DNA of 63,346 nucleotides, filler included, from Octopus bimaculoides (GCF_001194135.2; 8 parts of 7 records of this genome joined end to end with filler, not necessarily neighbours in it); one strand, 5' to 3'. Shown: positions 37,621 through 51,090, numbered from the whole stretch's first letter. Numbers and translations: made by a program. The notes: generated by a model from the sequence alone, not told the origin.

Positions 37621-37909
37621 TTCACACTGCGTGAGAAAGCAACAGATCCGTCAGAACATACACGGAGCTAATTAAATAACTCAAAATGCATTAAGTAACA
37701 TCGTACTCTCATTTATTTGCATCATGCGACATATTATATACATATAGACACTAATTCAGGCACAATCATGTATATGTATACATAAATATAATTATGTATG
37801 GATACACACAAACACATTTATACACACATACACACACACACACACACACGCACACACGCACACACACACACGCACACACACACACACACACTTTTTTATT
37901 TTTTTCATC

Positions 37910-38190
37910 TTGTATTATTTACTTGTTTCACTCAGTAGACTAAGGCCATGCTGGAGCATCGCTTTGAAGTATATTTAGTCGATTGTAACGAAGCCAGTAC
38001 TTATTTCTTTTTAAAGCCTTATCGGTCACTTTGCAGAACCGTTACGTTACCGAAACCTAAACACACGATTGTCGGTTGTCAAGATGTGGGAGGGGGAAAC
38101 ACAGACACCAAGTCACTCACACATACAGACAGACACATATAGATGTACATATATATATAACGGGCTTCTTTCAGTTTCCATCAACCATAC
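37910..38190 (-). mobile_element. SINE family B, old truncated copy
   Basis: Diverged match to the family B tail and body. Confidence 0.7.
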
Positions 38191-38486
38191 ATACATACTT
38201 AAAGCGTTAATATTTGAAATATAATTTATTTTTCGTCTTGTTATCTAATCTTAAAGAAGATAAAGTATCTATTTTTATTCTAAATGCATAATTAATGAAG
38301 CTTATTTGTTAAGTAGTACTGTCACAATTTAAAAAAGCACTGCTATTTATTTATTTAAGAAAAGAATTATACATATGATGTACAAACATTTATAACTCTC
38401 TCTTACTCTCAAGCTATCGATATATTTAACACATTTTACATTCGCCTAGATCATTTACTGAAACTGCGCAAATATCGCTTAAAATT

Positions 38487-38697
38487 TTGGCACATAAACA
38501 GGAGTTTCGAGACAGGCATTACATGGACACTAGTGCTACACTGGTACTTATCTTGTCGACCGCAGAGTTCCACTGTTACATATTTTATCCACCATAAAAG
38601 GATGAGGTAAAAGCCGACCTTGGCGGAGTTTGAACGGATGAAATGCCGCTGACCATTTTCACCAGCTTGCTAAGGATTTTGCCAGCTTGCTGCCTTC
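38487..38697 (-). mobile_element. SINE family A, old copy
   Basis: Diverged but collinear match to the family A consensus. Confidence 0.7.
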
Positions 38698-39989
38698 AAC
38701 TGTGCAAATATCAAGAACTATTAAAATCATTAAAAAAAAACTGTTTCAGTTTCCTGTCAGTCATGGTGAATAATGTCTTCATGGGACTATTTATGAGTGT
38801 ATATTCTTATCTCTCTTTATAGACACAAGAGAATTTTATTAATGTTTTCTGCTTTTGAATAAGGCCCTCTACGTAGTATGTTGGACTTTAATCACAGTGG
38901 TTTATTGACGCACGTAATATGAGTGAAAATAGGTGGAAATTGTGTGGAAATCTAACATATATACTGACCCACTTTTAAATATGCAAATTCATCTTAAGTT
39001 TGCATATGTATTATAATATACTCTTCAATATCTTCCTTTCATAAATTTCCCCTTTAATAGCTTGGGTTATTTTCATGACATCTAAATTTATTGCATGTGA
39101 TCATCAAATACTAAGCAGATTATGCTTGTACTGATCGATCTCCGAACAATTCATGCAGGCACAGAACTGGGGACTTATGTTTATTCTGGAAATTTACCTT
39201 GCTGATATCACGTTTGTACAAATATACACATTTGGCATCTTTCCGTGCTTGTCAGCAGTTTTGTTTGGATTAAGGTTATCCTTTTTACAACAACCATCAG
39301 ATTTAAACAGACTGAGTTTATCTGTCCACTATCATCTGCATATTATCAAGTATTTCACATAATTTCCTTAAATATCCTCCTAAGTAAATTGGATAAATCC
39401 CTGCATCTTCGACATACGAAATCATTGCTTGGTAGAATGTACAATGTGAAATTAAATCAGGTTAATCTATATTAATAAGATATTCGAAATCATATTCCAC
39501 TGTCTCTTCAACGAAACTAGCGTATTAATTCTTTAAACGGTCACACGTACTTGCTTCGTACTCTGTTTATTACCATATTTGACAAGAGATATACGGATTT
39601 TTATAGAGAGTACAAAATAACATTTTAAGTTCTTTGATTTATTCAAATTGAAAGAATAATTATTATTAGTGACATACATATTGAGTTGTTTTGACAATTA
39701 TTTCTAGCAATACTAGTGCTAATTAGTGCTCCTTGTCATTTTAGTGGCGTATATATTTCTACCTTTAGGTTATAAGATTGCGTATTAGCCATCCATATTA
39801 TTGTTAGATTCCTAGGGCTAAATAACAGCAGTATGATTCCCTTATTGGGACTGTCACAATAAGTCGACTGTATGCAACTGCTTTACCGTAACACTGCTGC
39901 TTAATTTTTCTCTGTTAGATTTATAATTAGATCATTTCTAATTTTTGTAATCAGTGAATGTGTTTTCACTAGAAATATATATATTTACT

Positions 39990-40620
39990 GGGTTTGACAG
40001 ACGTCTTCAGCCAGGTGGTTTTGCTACTTCAGGCTTTGACGAGCAAAGACTCAGAAACATGTCCCTGAATGCAGTCTAGGATAATCATTGGATTTTGTAG
40101 TACAACCAGCTTTTAGGGGAACAGCTACCATTTTACTTGCACCACGTTCTAAGGCAGAGAGAGGAATTAACAAGTCTGTGGAATAGACGTTTAGGTGAAG
40201 CGAAGCCAATTCTATGGAGTTGCTGTTATGTGGATGCGATCTAGGAAATGTTTATCTATAGCAGCACCGACAACAGCATCCTATGCGTAGAATTAGCGCT
40301 CGAAATGGTCTGATGTATACTCTCCCTCTGAAGAGAAACAAGTTTGCGTAATTCAAGCTTTTTACGTTAAAGATGCACTTTCACTTTGAAAGTCCCTTTG
40401 TAAAGCTGAGATCAAACAGGTATTTCCATGCATTTTATGCTTAGGGCGAAGTGGGATAACGCTTGATGATATGAAGTGGCTATGTCTTGATGCCGTACAA
40501 AAACCATGAATGACATCAGCACTTGAAGGATATTTCTGAGGATTGTTCTATGGAGATAGTATAAGTGTGGCGTGAACAAATTAGACAAAAGGAAGTGATA
40601 TCATCTGCATAAGAACGTAT
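39990..40620 (+). mobile_element. Possible ancient RTE-like LINE ORF2 remnant
   Basis: Scattered collinear peptides (NRRLGEAK, LFYGD) in RTE order; no continuous ORF. Confidence 0.3.
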
Positions 40621-41471
40621 TTTATTATGAGTGGCGGCACAAGCGAATTAATATTACTGTAATATACGCACCAGAAAGTATTGTTGCATTTCACCTGCTG
40701 ATCTTTCAGGCAGCAAAAATGTTATTAATGGTAAAATATAAGAATGTTGTAGAGGTTGCCTCGTCCGTGAAATATTCACAAATTCAACTAGTTTACATAA
40801 ATACCGATATTTTCATTCTAATTACACGCAAATATTTGTTCAGTGTTTATACGAATTTTATCTGGATTTTGTAATAATCATTCTTTCTGCTTGGTTATCT
40901 TTGCGCTAAGGTGTATAATTAGGACATGGACTTGCTCATTCTATCTAAGGTAATTAGAAGATTTTACCAATAATATAAATGTCTTTTTTCATTTACTTAC
41001 ATTTTATAATCATAGAGATAACTCAATACACCACCCCGAATATGAATCGTCTGTAATTTAAGAGTTCAATTGCAATATTTTACGGGGTGAGTATAGCTCA
41101 TGCTATATTTTATACACTTTTATTCTTACGTAATCGCTGAAGCATACTTAGAAGCAAGCAATGGCCTCGATTCATTCGATTAAAAGTTATTCAAGGCGAA
41201 TGACTCAGCATTGTCGCATTCAAATTACTGTAGCAGGTAGAAAGATCTAAAAAGATACACATGCACGAGTGCTTCCACATACATAATCAATTCTGGCTCA
41301 AAGCAAGACGTAATCATCACATTTAGCATGAATTACATATGTTATTATATAAAACAGCTTCATTCGGCTCCATGTGATTTAAATTTCGTAGGGCACTTAA
41401 CTCGTCAAATTCAATTGATTTTATGTCACATGGTGCCGAATTATGTGTGTGTGTGTGTTTGTTTGTTTGTT

Positions 41472-41589
<118 letters not shown>

Positions 41590-41668
41590 TGAGCGTGTAT
41601 GTGTTCGTGTGTAGGTAAGCATGTATGTATGTTTCTCTCTCTGTATTTATATATATATATATATATAC

Positions 41669-42641
41669 AAATTTAAATAATAAGGGTAAAAGATTGATAT
41701 TAATTTGATTAATATCAATTTAAACAAGCGGCCTAGCATATTGAAAAAAATCTGAAGATTCAGAAAAATTATATTACATACATATAAGAGGATGACCACT
41801 AGGTGGACATCCAATATGCTAAATGTTGACTCCATATGGTCTGACTACTAAGAACACAAATTTTTCTCAAGAAAATCAGGCAAACGCCAGAACGTAAGCG
41901 AGAAAGACAAATGAAAAGATACAAAATATTAGTTACATACCAGGTTTCATTGTTACTATTTACATATTTGCATACGTAAACGTTCGCAATTCATCAGTGC
42001 AACCGTCATAGAAAATATAAATTGCAGAACTATACACGAGACGTTCACATAAAAGAGAACATGCATACAGTTCTGTCAATTATATTTGGCGGTATATTTC
42101 TAATGGCTTCGTTTTGGCGCGCCAAAGCCGGAAATGACTTCGCAAAAAATAATTATCTCCCTCGAAGCCTGCCGATTAGAGAAAATGGTTATTTAAATTT
42201 AAATAATAAGGGTAAAAAATTAATATTAATTTGATTAATAACAATTTAAACCAGTGGCTTAGCATATTGAAAAGATCTGAAGATTCAGAATAATTATATT
42301 ACATATATAAGAGGAATGGGCATCCGATATGCTAAATATAGACCCCATATGATCTGACCTCTAAGAAAAAAATTGTTCACAAGAAAATTCTGAAAACGCC
42401 TGAACATAACCGAGCAAGACAAATGAAAAGATACAAAATATATTGATCAGTCACATACATTTCATTGTTACCATTTATATATTATACATACGTTAATGCC
42501 TGCAATTCATCAGTGCGACCATCATAGAAAGTATAATATGCAGAATTATACACGAGACGTCCACATGAAAGAGAACATGCATACTGTTCTGTCAACTATA
42601 TTTGGGTGTATGTCTTGGCGCGCCAAAACCGGAAATGACTC
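41669..42641 (+). repeat. About 526-bp-period tandem duplication (second unit partial)
   Basis: Units start AAATTTAAATAATAAGGGTAAA at 41669 and 42195; a more diverged partial third copy is at about 35112-35325. Confidence 0.88.
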
Positions 42642-43714
42642 CTTCTGAGCTTTTGGTTATAACTTAGCTTTTATGTAATGTCAAATCATGACAGCTAAGT
42701 CTTAGTAAATATAGGTTTGTCGAACAGAAAATAGCTATAGATATAAGACATCCTGATTTTGCCCATCCTTCACAAACGTACGTGATTATTATTTTCATAT
42801 TTTAAGAAGAGTATTATAATTTCAGTCGAAATGATTCGCGATGTTATTGAAAATTACTAATATGCATCAAATTTTAAAAAACACACATATACTTATATAC
42901 CTGCATATATGAATACTTACGTACATATGCAGGTATATATATATATATACATATATATATATANNNNNNNNNNNNNNNNNNNNNNNNNNNNNNNNNNNNN
43001 NNNNNNNTTAATTAATTAANNNNNNNNNNNNNNNNNNNNNNNNNNNNNNNNNNNNNNNNNNNNTATAGATACGTATTTATATATTATAAATACATATGCC
43101 TACAAACCTGTACATACATCACATACATACACACATATATATATATATATATACATTCATACATACATATATATAGATACGTACATTGGTACGTACACAG
43201 ACAAATACAAGCATACACGTATACATACACACGTGGGCATACATTCATACATACAAACCTAGGCACGTACATACACAAATAAATTATATTGTATTCCACA
43301 CATGGCATTACATACATACACATGTTAGTGACGTCGTTTTTAAAAGATAATGGATGATAAATCGTTGCTTAGAACGGAAAGAGTTGTGTAAAAATATGGT
43401 ATGGCTTCACTATTCGTCACTGCCTTGACATTCCAATCTTAGAGAAACAGATTCTTTACCATTTTTTAAAGACAAATCAAGTAGTTTCGGATGTAGGAAG
43501 CTGTGTATTTGAACTCCTACAGCATTTTTTCTAGTTTTTATCTCGTCATCGTTCTATAACTCATTTCAGTTGCCGGAATATCTCTGGTATCATTTTCCCG
43601 GCATATCGTCCCATCAAATGTTAGGGTAGGCAATGATCTGTTTCATTAACACATATACACACTCACACACGTTACTAGATAATCTCTAACCCAATAAATG
43701 AACAGAACACACAC

Positions 43715-43994
43715 ACGTCGAGGGTTCCAGTTGATCCAATCAACGGAACAGCCTGCTCGTGAAATTAACGTGCAAGTGGCTGAGCACTCCACAGACACGT
43801 GTACCCTTAACGTAGTTCTCAGGGATATTCAGCGTGACACAGTGTGACAAGGCTGACCCTTTGAATTGCAGGCACAACAGAAACAGGAAGTAAGAGTGAG
43901 AGAAAGTTGTGGTGGAAGAGTACAGCAGAGTTCGCCACCATCCCCTGCCGGAGCCTCGTGGAGCTTTAGGTGTTTTCGCTCAATAAACACTCAC
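43715..43994 (-). mobile_element. SINE family C (head lost in gap)
   Basis: Reverse complement of about 51170-51450 at high identity. Confidence 0.85.
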
Positions 43995-44342
43995 NNNNNN
44001 NNNNNNNNNNNNNNNNNNNNNNNNNNNNNNNNNNNNNNNNNNNNNNNNNNNNNNNNNNNNNNNNNNNNNNNNNNNNNNNNNNNNNNNNNNNNNNNNNNNN
44101 NNNNNNNNNNNNNNNNNNNNNNNNNNNNNNNNNNNNNNNNNNNNNNNNNNNNNNNNNNNNNNNNNNNNNNNNNNNNNNNNNNNNNNNNNNNNNNNNNNNN
44201 NNNNNNNNNNNNNNNNNNNNNNNNNNNNNNNNNNNNNNNNNNNNNNNNNNNNNNNNNNNNNNNNNNNNNNNNNNNNNNNNNNNNNNNNNNNNNNNNNNNN
44301 NNNNNNNNNNNNNNNNNNNNNNNNNNNNNNNGTCGTAACAGT

Positions 44343-44385
44343 TCTCGCCTGAAGATTTCAGTGACGTGAAACTCGAGTTCCGAGA
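44343..44385 (+). ncRNA. Hammerhead-like motif with 8-nt palindromic stem III
   Basis: TCTCG-c-CTGAAGA-N12-GAAA-CTCGAG-TT-c-CGAGA; stem II degraded. Confidence 0.45.
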
Positions 44386-44519
44386 TAAACATTCAGTTTC
44401 TAGAATACATGTATTAGCACTTATCTCTTATCCATTCGCATAAGCGAGTGTATATGTGTATAATTGAACCACGGGTGCCGACTTGCTCATATTCATTAAA
44501 CTGGCATTCCATTGGTTAC

Positions 44520-44815
44520 GATGACGAGGGTTCCTGCTTATCCGATCAACAGAAAAGCCTGCACGTAAAATGAAAGTGAAAGTAGCTGAGCACTCCACAG
44601 ATGAATGTGCTCTTTAACACAGTTCTCAGGGAGATTCAGCGTGACACAGAACGTGACAAGGCTGGCCCTTTGAATTACAGGTACAACTCATTTTTGCCAG
44701 CTGAGCGGACGGAAGCATCGCGAAATAGAATGCATTGCTCAAGGACACAATGCGCTGTCGAGAATCGAACTCACGGCCTTACGATCATGAGCCGAATACC
44801 CCTAACCGCTATGTC
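44520..44815 (-). mobile_element. SINE sharing the family C 3' tail with a different head
   Basis: GCTGAGCACTCCACAG...CAAGGCTGGCCCTTTGAATTACAGG shared with family C. Confidence 0.7.
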
Positions 44816-46280
44816 ACTTACCTTCCTTAATGGTCCTTTGGACCAATCACGAAGAAGGGAATGGCAGTAATCTTATCTGATATTACTTTTGTAGTTAAAA
44901 ATCACCAAAGAATTGATGGAACCTTGTTTTGGTAGAATTTCAGAAGGAATTGTAACACGACAATCAGTCAATGATTGATAGGTTCTGAATATTAATTTCC
45001 CCCAATGAGACAAGGATACACAGTCGTAATCGATTGAATTAACGCCGGTACATTTTGTTATACTGTAATGTGTTTAATCCAGCTCTCTGTTGCTACTACT
45101 ACTAACTACTGCTACTCCGCTTAATACGGAATTATCAGAATTGGGTCAGCTAAACTCGGAGATAACCCAGACGTAGAGCTTTGCTTAATTTTAGACAAGT
45201 ATAATATTTTATGAATTAAACAAAAAGGAACTAAGCATGTATTTGAACCACATAGACAAATAAAAGTGTATCAAATATCTTGTAACATAAATTCACGATT
45301 TATTTAATTATCGCCACCGCAAGAGGATGTACCATAATTACCAAATAGCAATTGAGACCAGCTTTACTTGAGAAGGTGAGATAATCTGTGGGTTCTAGAA
45401 TTCTTCGAAACAGACATGCTATTAAGGAAAAGGATATGCTTATTGTCTGGAGATAAGAAGCCAAGGGACATGGGAATATAGAAAAAGAGCAGAACACATT
45501 TGCAGCCGAGGTAATCTGCATAAATTAAGCAAAAATGAGCTAAGCGACATAGACAAATACAGGAGGAATATCAAACACTTGTGTTTNNNNNNNNNNNNNN
45601 NNNNNNNNNNNNNNNNNNNNNNNNNNNNNNNNNNNNNNNNNNNNNNNNNNNNNNNNNNNNNNNNNNNNNNNNNNNNNNNNNNNNNNNNNNNNNNNNNNNN
45701 NNNNNNNNNNNNNNNNNNNNNNNNNNNNNNNNNNNNNNNNNNNNNNNNNNNNNNNNNNNNNNNNNNNNNNNNNNNNNNNNNNNNNNNNNNNNNNNNNNNN
45801 NNNNNNNNNNNNNNNNNNNNNNNNNNNNNNNNNNNNNNNNNNNNNNNNNNNNNNNNNNNNNNNNNNNNNNNNNNNNNNNNNNNNNNNNNNNNNNNNNNNN
45901 NNNNNNNNNNNNNNNNNNNNNNNNNNNNNNNNNNNNNNNNNNNNNNNNNNNNNNNNNNNNNNNNNNNNNNNNNNNNNNNNNNNNNNNNNNNNNNNNNNNN
46001 NNNNNNNNNNNNNNNNNNNNNNNNNNNNNNNNNNNNNNNNNNNNNNNNNNNNNNNNNNNNNNNNNNNNNNNNNNNNNNNNNNNNNNNNNNNNNNNNNNNN
46101 NNNNNNNNNNNNNNNNNNNNNNNNNNNNNNNNNNNNNNNNNNNNNNNNNNNNNNNNNNNNNNNNNNNNNNNNNNNNNNNNNNNNNNNNNNNNNNNNNNNN
46201 NNNNNNNNNNNNNNNNNNNNNNNNNNNNNNNNNNNNNNNNNNNNNNNNNNNNNNNNNNNNNNNNNNNNNNNNNNNNNNNN

Positions 46281-46281
46281 N

Positions 46282-46376
<95 letters not shown>

Positions 46377-46570
46377 TAACAACAACAACAACAACAACAT
46401 CGAAAAATATCTTAGGAGTGAGAAGCCAAGTTCGAAATTTCCTCAAGGCACCTGATGAAGGCTGGAGGGTATATCAGCTGAAAAGTTGTATTAACAACAA
46501 ACAAGATGAGCACAAATATCCGTCGAATGTAAATAATGTGCATAATTCCTCATCTCTTAAATATAGAACT
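46281..46570 (+). mobile_element. Second copy of the (AAT)n/hammerhead-tail element (head presumably in the gap)
   Basis: (AAT)n(AAC)n then a tail matching 18988-19168. Hammerhead core CTGATGA-A-GGCTG...CAGCT-GAAA-A-GTT at 46447-46492. Confidence 0.75.
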
Positions 46571-47503
46571 GGCTTTTTGGGGTTATTCCAAAAATCTCTA
46601 ATCACATCCTACCGTCGTAAAAAAAATGGGAGAGTATATTTGACAATATAATCACGGTTACTCAGAAAGACATCGTCACGGTTAGGACGCCATTTTACTG
46701 CATGGTGGGAAAACAAGAAGAAGAACGTCAAAGTAAGTGATATGGAGCTTTTCAGAAAATTGCAGCAGACGATTATTGAGAAGAATCCAAAATGGAGAAA
46801 GGAGCATCTAAAACAGAGATACTATAAGATAAAAGACGAAAAAAATCAGACTAAGTGCCATTGAAATGATTAAAACTTTATATTCAAACATCAAAGCTGT
46901 GATTATTTTGGTTCAGTATTGGATTTTCAACATAAGAAACCATAAAGGGAGAAGAAATGGAGAATATGGTTAGTTCCTAAGTAAAAAGAAACAGCAACGA
47001 AAATGTGAATAACAATGTATATATAACAAAACCAGAAAAGAANNNNNNNNNNGTGTGTGTGTGTGTGTGTCAATGTATATATACGAAAGTAGATGGGGTT
47101 AAAAACAACAGCAACGAAAATATGAGGCGTGGTACAGTATTCGCAGCTATTTGCTACACTGAAAGCTGTGTCACAAAACTGTTTCATTTTGGTGATAAAT
47201 GATATGGTTATAGGGTGGCGTCAGTGGCTGAAGAAGATAAAGCTGAGCTGGTGTGATAGTTTTAGAGATAAAACTCATACAAAGCAGACGACTTTACGTG
47301 CAATAAAAACACTGCATGAATTAATAGATGTTATGGAGAGTTATGTAATGCAACCGACTTCATATGTGCAACCCTGTCTCAGTCTTCTTTGTCTCTTCTC
47401 TTTATATTTCTCTCTCTCTCTCTCTTCACTCACATACAAACCACACAATACACGCATATATATATATAAATCAAAATAAGCAACACACATTTCAAAGATG
47501 GTT

Positions 47504-47589
47504 GCAGTACGCACGTTTCATGCTACTCCATTTATTTAAGTAATGCGAGCATTACATTAAATACAATATGTAGAGCAATCTTCAGCTGC
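47504..47589 (-). ncRNA. Hammerhead-like motif (long stem II type, degenerate cleavage triplet)
   Basis: GCAG-CTGAAGA-long hairpin (ATTTAATGTAATGC/GCATTACTTAAAT)-GAAAC-GTG-cgta-CTGC. Same architecture as 14455-14515. An upstream GQSGNTL GIY-YIG-like fragment lies within 47606-47833. Confidence 0.45.
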
Positions 47590-47978
47590 ACGAAAATGCA
47601 GAAAATTACAGTAGAATAGACATATTATAATTGTGGCAACATTTCAAATCCAGATGTCTGTAAAACAATACTGATGCTCTATTCAGACTAAAGAAAAGCC
47701 CTGTTTGACCTATACACCTAGGGTTTAATTCTTCAACATTTTGATAGTAGTAAAATAAACCCCAACCTATAAGAGTGTTTCCACTCTGACCAGAGGAACC
47801 TTTATAACCATATTCCTTTATAGCCATGTCCATGCATAATGCTTACACCTTCCCTTTCCTTAGAAGTGATTGTCCCTTATACTATTACTACTAGATAAGA
47901 GACAATAAAATCAGAGACAGTTAGAATTTTTGCCTAGAACCAATTACTAGCCTGATAGACTTGGCTATGTCAAGATGG

Positions 47979-48017
<39 letters not shown>

Positions 48018-48089
48018 GCACATATTTTATATATGCATGCACATATACAAATATGCATATACACACATAAATACGTATAAATATTTTTG

Positions 48090-48145
<56 letters not shown>

Positions 48146-48717
48146 GATACATACATACATACATTCATACATACATGCATACATACATGCATACATACGA
48201 ATGCTCATATATGCAAGCATATAATGAATCGTCATAAGTACATTGAACAGCGAAAATCAAAGCAAAGACCGATATATCTGTTCTTAATATATTCTGCGGT
48301 TGTGCTAATCATTCGAATCTGCTGGAACATGTTAAGAATAATTAAGCAAATAATCGTTTGGAATCTCGCTGTTTACCATGCATACGATGGTTCAATATCG
48401 GCTGGTAGATACCATTGCTGATTGGCAAATGGTTTGTTCGCTGAAATTATAAACAAGAGCATCTACTCTTGTTAAGTTCATAAGTTCGTATGTCTCTGCA
48501 TCACGAGACACAACAATCTCGAAACACTAGCTGTTCCTGAGGCCCCTGTGCTACTGAATCGAGTGTATTATGAACACTTGATCGTCATAATGGAGAAATT
48601 GTTTTCCTGTGACGTAACCCAACAGCGATTAGTATGTTTACATTCGAATCTACCAGAACGTTGGCGATCTTTTTTTTCCTCCATCTCCCTTTTCTCCTGG
48701 ACTTTCCTCCGTCTCCT

Positions 48718-48752
48718 GTTTCTGAAGACGAGCTTTGCTCGAAACGTAAAAC
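48718..48752 (+). ncRNA. Minimal type I hammerhead ribozyme with intact catalytic core, in a Penelope-like 3' region
   Basis: GTTT-CTGAAGA-C-GAGC(TTT)GCTC-GAAA-C-GTA-AAAC: stems I and II pair, stem III is the palindrome ACGT, NUH = GUA. Confidence 0.7.
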
Positions 48753-49610
48753 CACCTTTCTTTCCTTCCCTGGGCGTGTGCTAACACTTTGCATGTGTCA
48801 CGTCATCGCATTGTTGTTGTTTTTTGTGCTTGTTCTTCGTTTTTTTTGGGGTGGGGTTACTATTTATGTGTGTGTGTGTGTGTGTGTGTGTGTCTGTGTG
48901 TGTGTGTGTATACATACATATATAATATATATAGTGATAGTATATTCAGTTAAGAACGTAGTAAAGTACAGTATAAAGCTCACCCACCTTCAGATTTCCT
49001 CCTGTGCTATCCAGTAGTAGTGTTATACGTACTTCCAGGTTTGCATTTGGGATTCTATCGTGTGTAAATAAGTAATTGAAAAAAGTTTGAGTCAGCAAGA
49101 AGGAGTACGATCGAACTACATATCTATTCTTAATATATTCTGCGGTTATGCTACAATTGTTTCTGCGTAACGTAAGTTTCCAGGCGTGCTGGTACTTGAT
49201 TATGCAACCATTTTCCTGCATTGTAAAATCTAGTTGTGTTTCCTCAGGCAATATGTAAATATTGTCTCCTTAAGTACAAATTCTCGGCTTCAAGAGCATC
49301 TTCTCTGTCTGTCGTGGCCTGGAGTTAGCAGCAGCGACTGAGTTTATCAAAAGACGTGTTGTGGCTGAAGGTCCGTTGGCAAACTGTTTTGAATGTGTAG
49401 ATGTACAATATACATACATAAACACACACACACACACACACATAAATAGACTACAGATCCAATCCATCACTGGAACTGTAAAAATCTGTAAAACTTTTCA
49501 GAAGTTTATCATTTAAATCTATATGAGCATGTCTAGATATGTAGCTATATGCATGAGAATGCATACACAAAACATACAAATCTGCACATATACATACATA
49601 CATACATACA

Positions 49611-49644
<34 letters not shown>

Positions 49645-49804
49645 CTTACATACATATCCTGTTGTTGATGTTGAATTCCAATGAAGGAACCTTGGATCTA
49701 GGTTAGAAACCGGTTCTTTCTCTATTGGCCACAAATCTTGAAATAAATTGAATAATGACATACATACATACATACATACATACATACATACATACGTTCG
49801 CATA

Positions 49805-49969
49805 CAGTACTCAGAGTTTCTTGGCAGGCTATGTCTATGAAGTTATCCGATTTCCAGTATCGGTAACCAACATTCGTGCCAACAATAGCTGATGAACAAT
49901 GGCACGTGCGTTGATGACCAATCGGAAATCATTTCATACACGTAGCTTGCTGAGAAACTCCGAATACTG
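49805..49969. mobile_element. Old Tc1/pogo-like MITE
   Basis: About 50-bp imperfect TIRs starting TA|CAGTA and ending TACTG|TG; interior also self-complementary. Confidence 0.6.
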
Positions 49970-50010
49970 TGCATGGCCGTTCTATGTTGGTGTAATATGT
50001 ATACGCGCAT

Positions 50011-50055
<45 letters not shown>

Positions 50056-51090
50056 CGGCAATGGTTAGATTGATATTTTAAAATAACATGGTTATAAATA
50101 AAGGACTCGACATTGTAAAGTTGATTAATCAAAACGCAATCTTCCAAAACATCGTTTGATTTTTGTGACACCCTTTTAATGCGTGACCAACGTGTGAGTC
50201 CTCCATCTGGGGACACAGTTCCCTATTGTGTGTAGCAGTTGCCTTGAAACATTACAGAATGCTTCGTTGCTGAGCTTAAACCTTTTACGAAGGTTCAAGT
50301 CGAACCAGCAATTTCAAATATAACATTCAATGTTTCAGGAAAGAATGGCGTAAAAAGTCACATCAAGCTCACGCGAACTACAAGGACATCTACATACAGC
50401 CAACATTTTAGAGTCAAGTTTCTCCACATTGGCTAAATGTAGAGTAGTTGTCAGTTTAAATGAAATAAACCTGATGTTCTTTAAAATATAAAGTGTAACC
50501 ATCAATTACTCATTTAAATATTTATAATCTCGACTGTGATGTTTAACTTCTGCCAGCACACGATGACAAATATAAGAAACAGCGATTATAAGGACATGTA
50601 ATAATAGCTATGCCTTTCAGTGACAAATTGCAATAGTCAATTCTTACTTTATATTTATGACGAGAAGTGAAAAATGATTAAATTATCATAGAGCCTCGTT
50701 CTAAGATTAGATTTTTAACTTTATCATTATCCATAGATATGACGTTTATTCCCTCCTTACTGCGTTGCTAAGGAAAATGGAAAACTGTCGACTTTAGTGT
50801 TTCTCAGTAATTACATTTATGTTGTAGACATAGTGTGACTGATTGGTTAAGAAGTTTACTTCGCAATCATAAAGTCTTCGGTTCGATTCCACGGCATAGC
50901 ATCTTGGACAAATGCCATTTTCTATAGCCTTGAGTCAACCAATATGATGTGAGTGAAATAGGATTGATGGAAACTGTATAGAAGCTCGCCGGGTGGATTG
51001 TACCGCTAATTCAGAAAATACAGCCTTGTCACGTGCAGCGTCTCGCGATTATTCTGCCTGAGAATTTCGTTAAGAGTACACGTGTCTGTG

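Noticed and set aside
39197-39430. Exon-like minus-strand segment with DKHGKMP...N spacing reminiscent of the NRF DAxGKxP...GN motif
   Set aside because: Stops in every frame across the segment, no conserved W or YDEC, weak internal acceptors. At most a decayed paralogous exon.
44822-45062. Minus-strand open frame of about 62 codons and a perfect donor at 44821
   Set aside because: A stop lies before the donor, the donor overlaps a decayed SINE head, and there is no NRF similarity.
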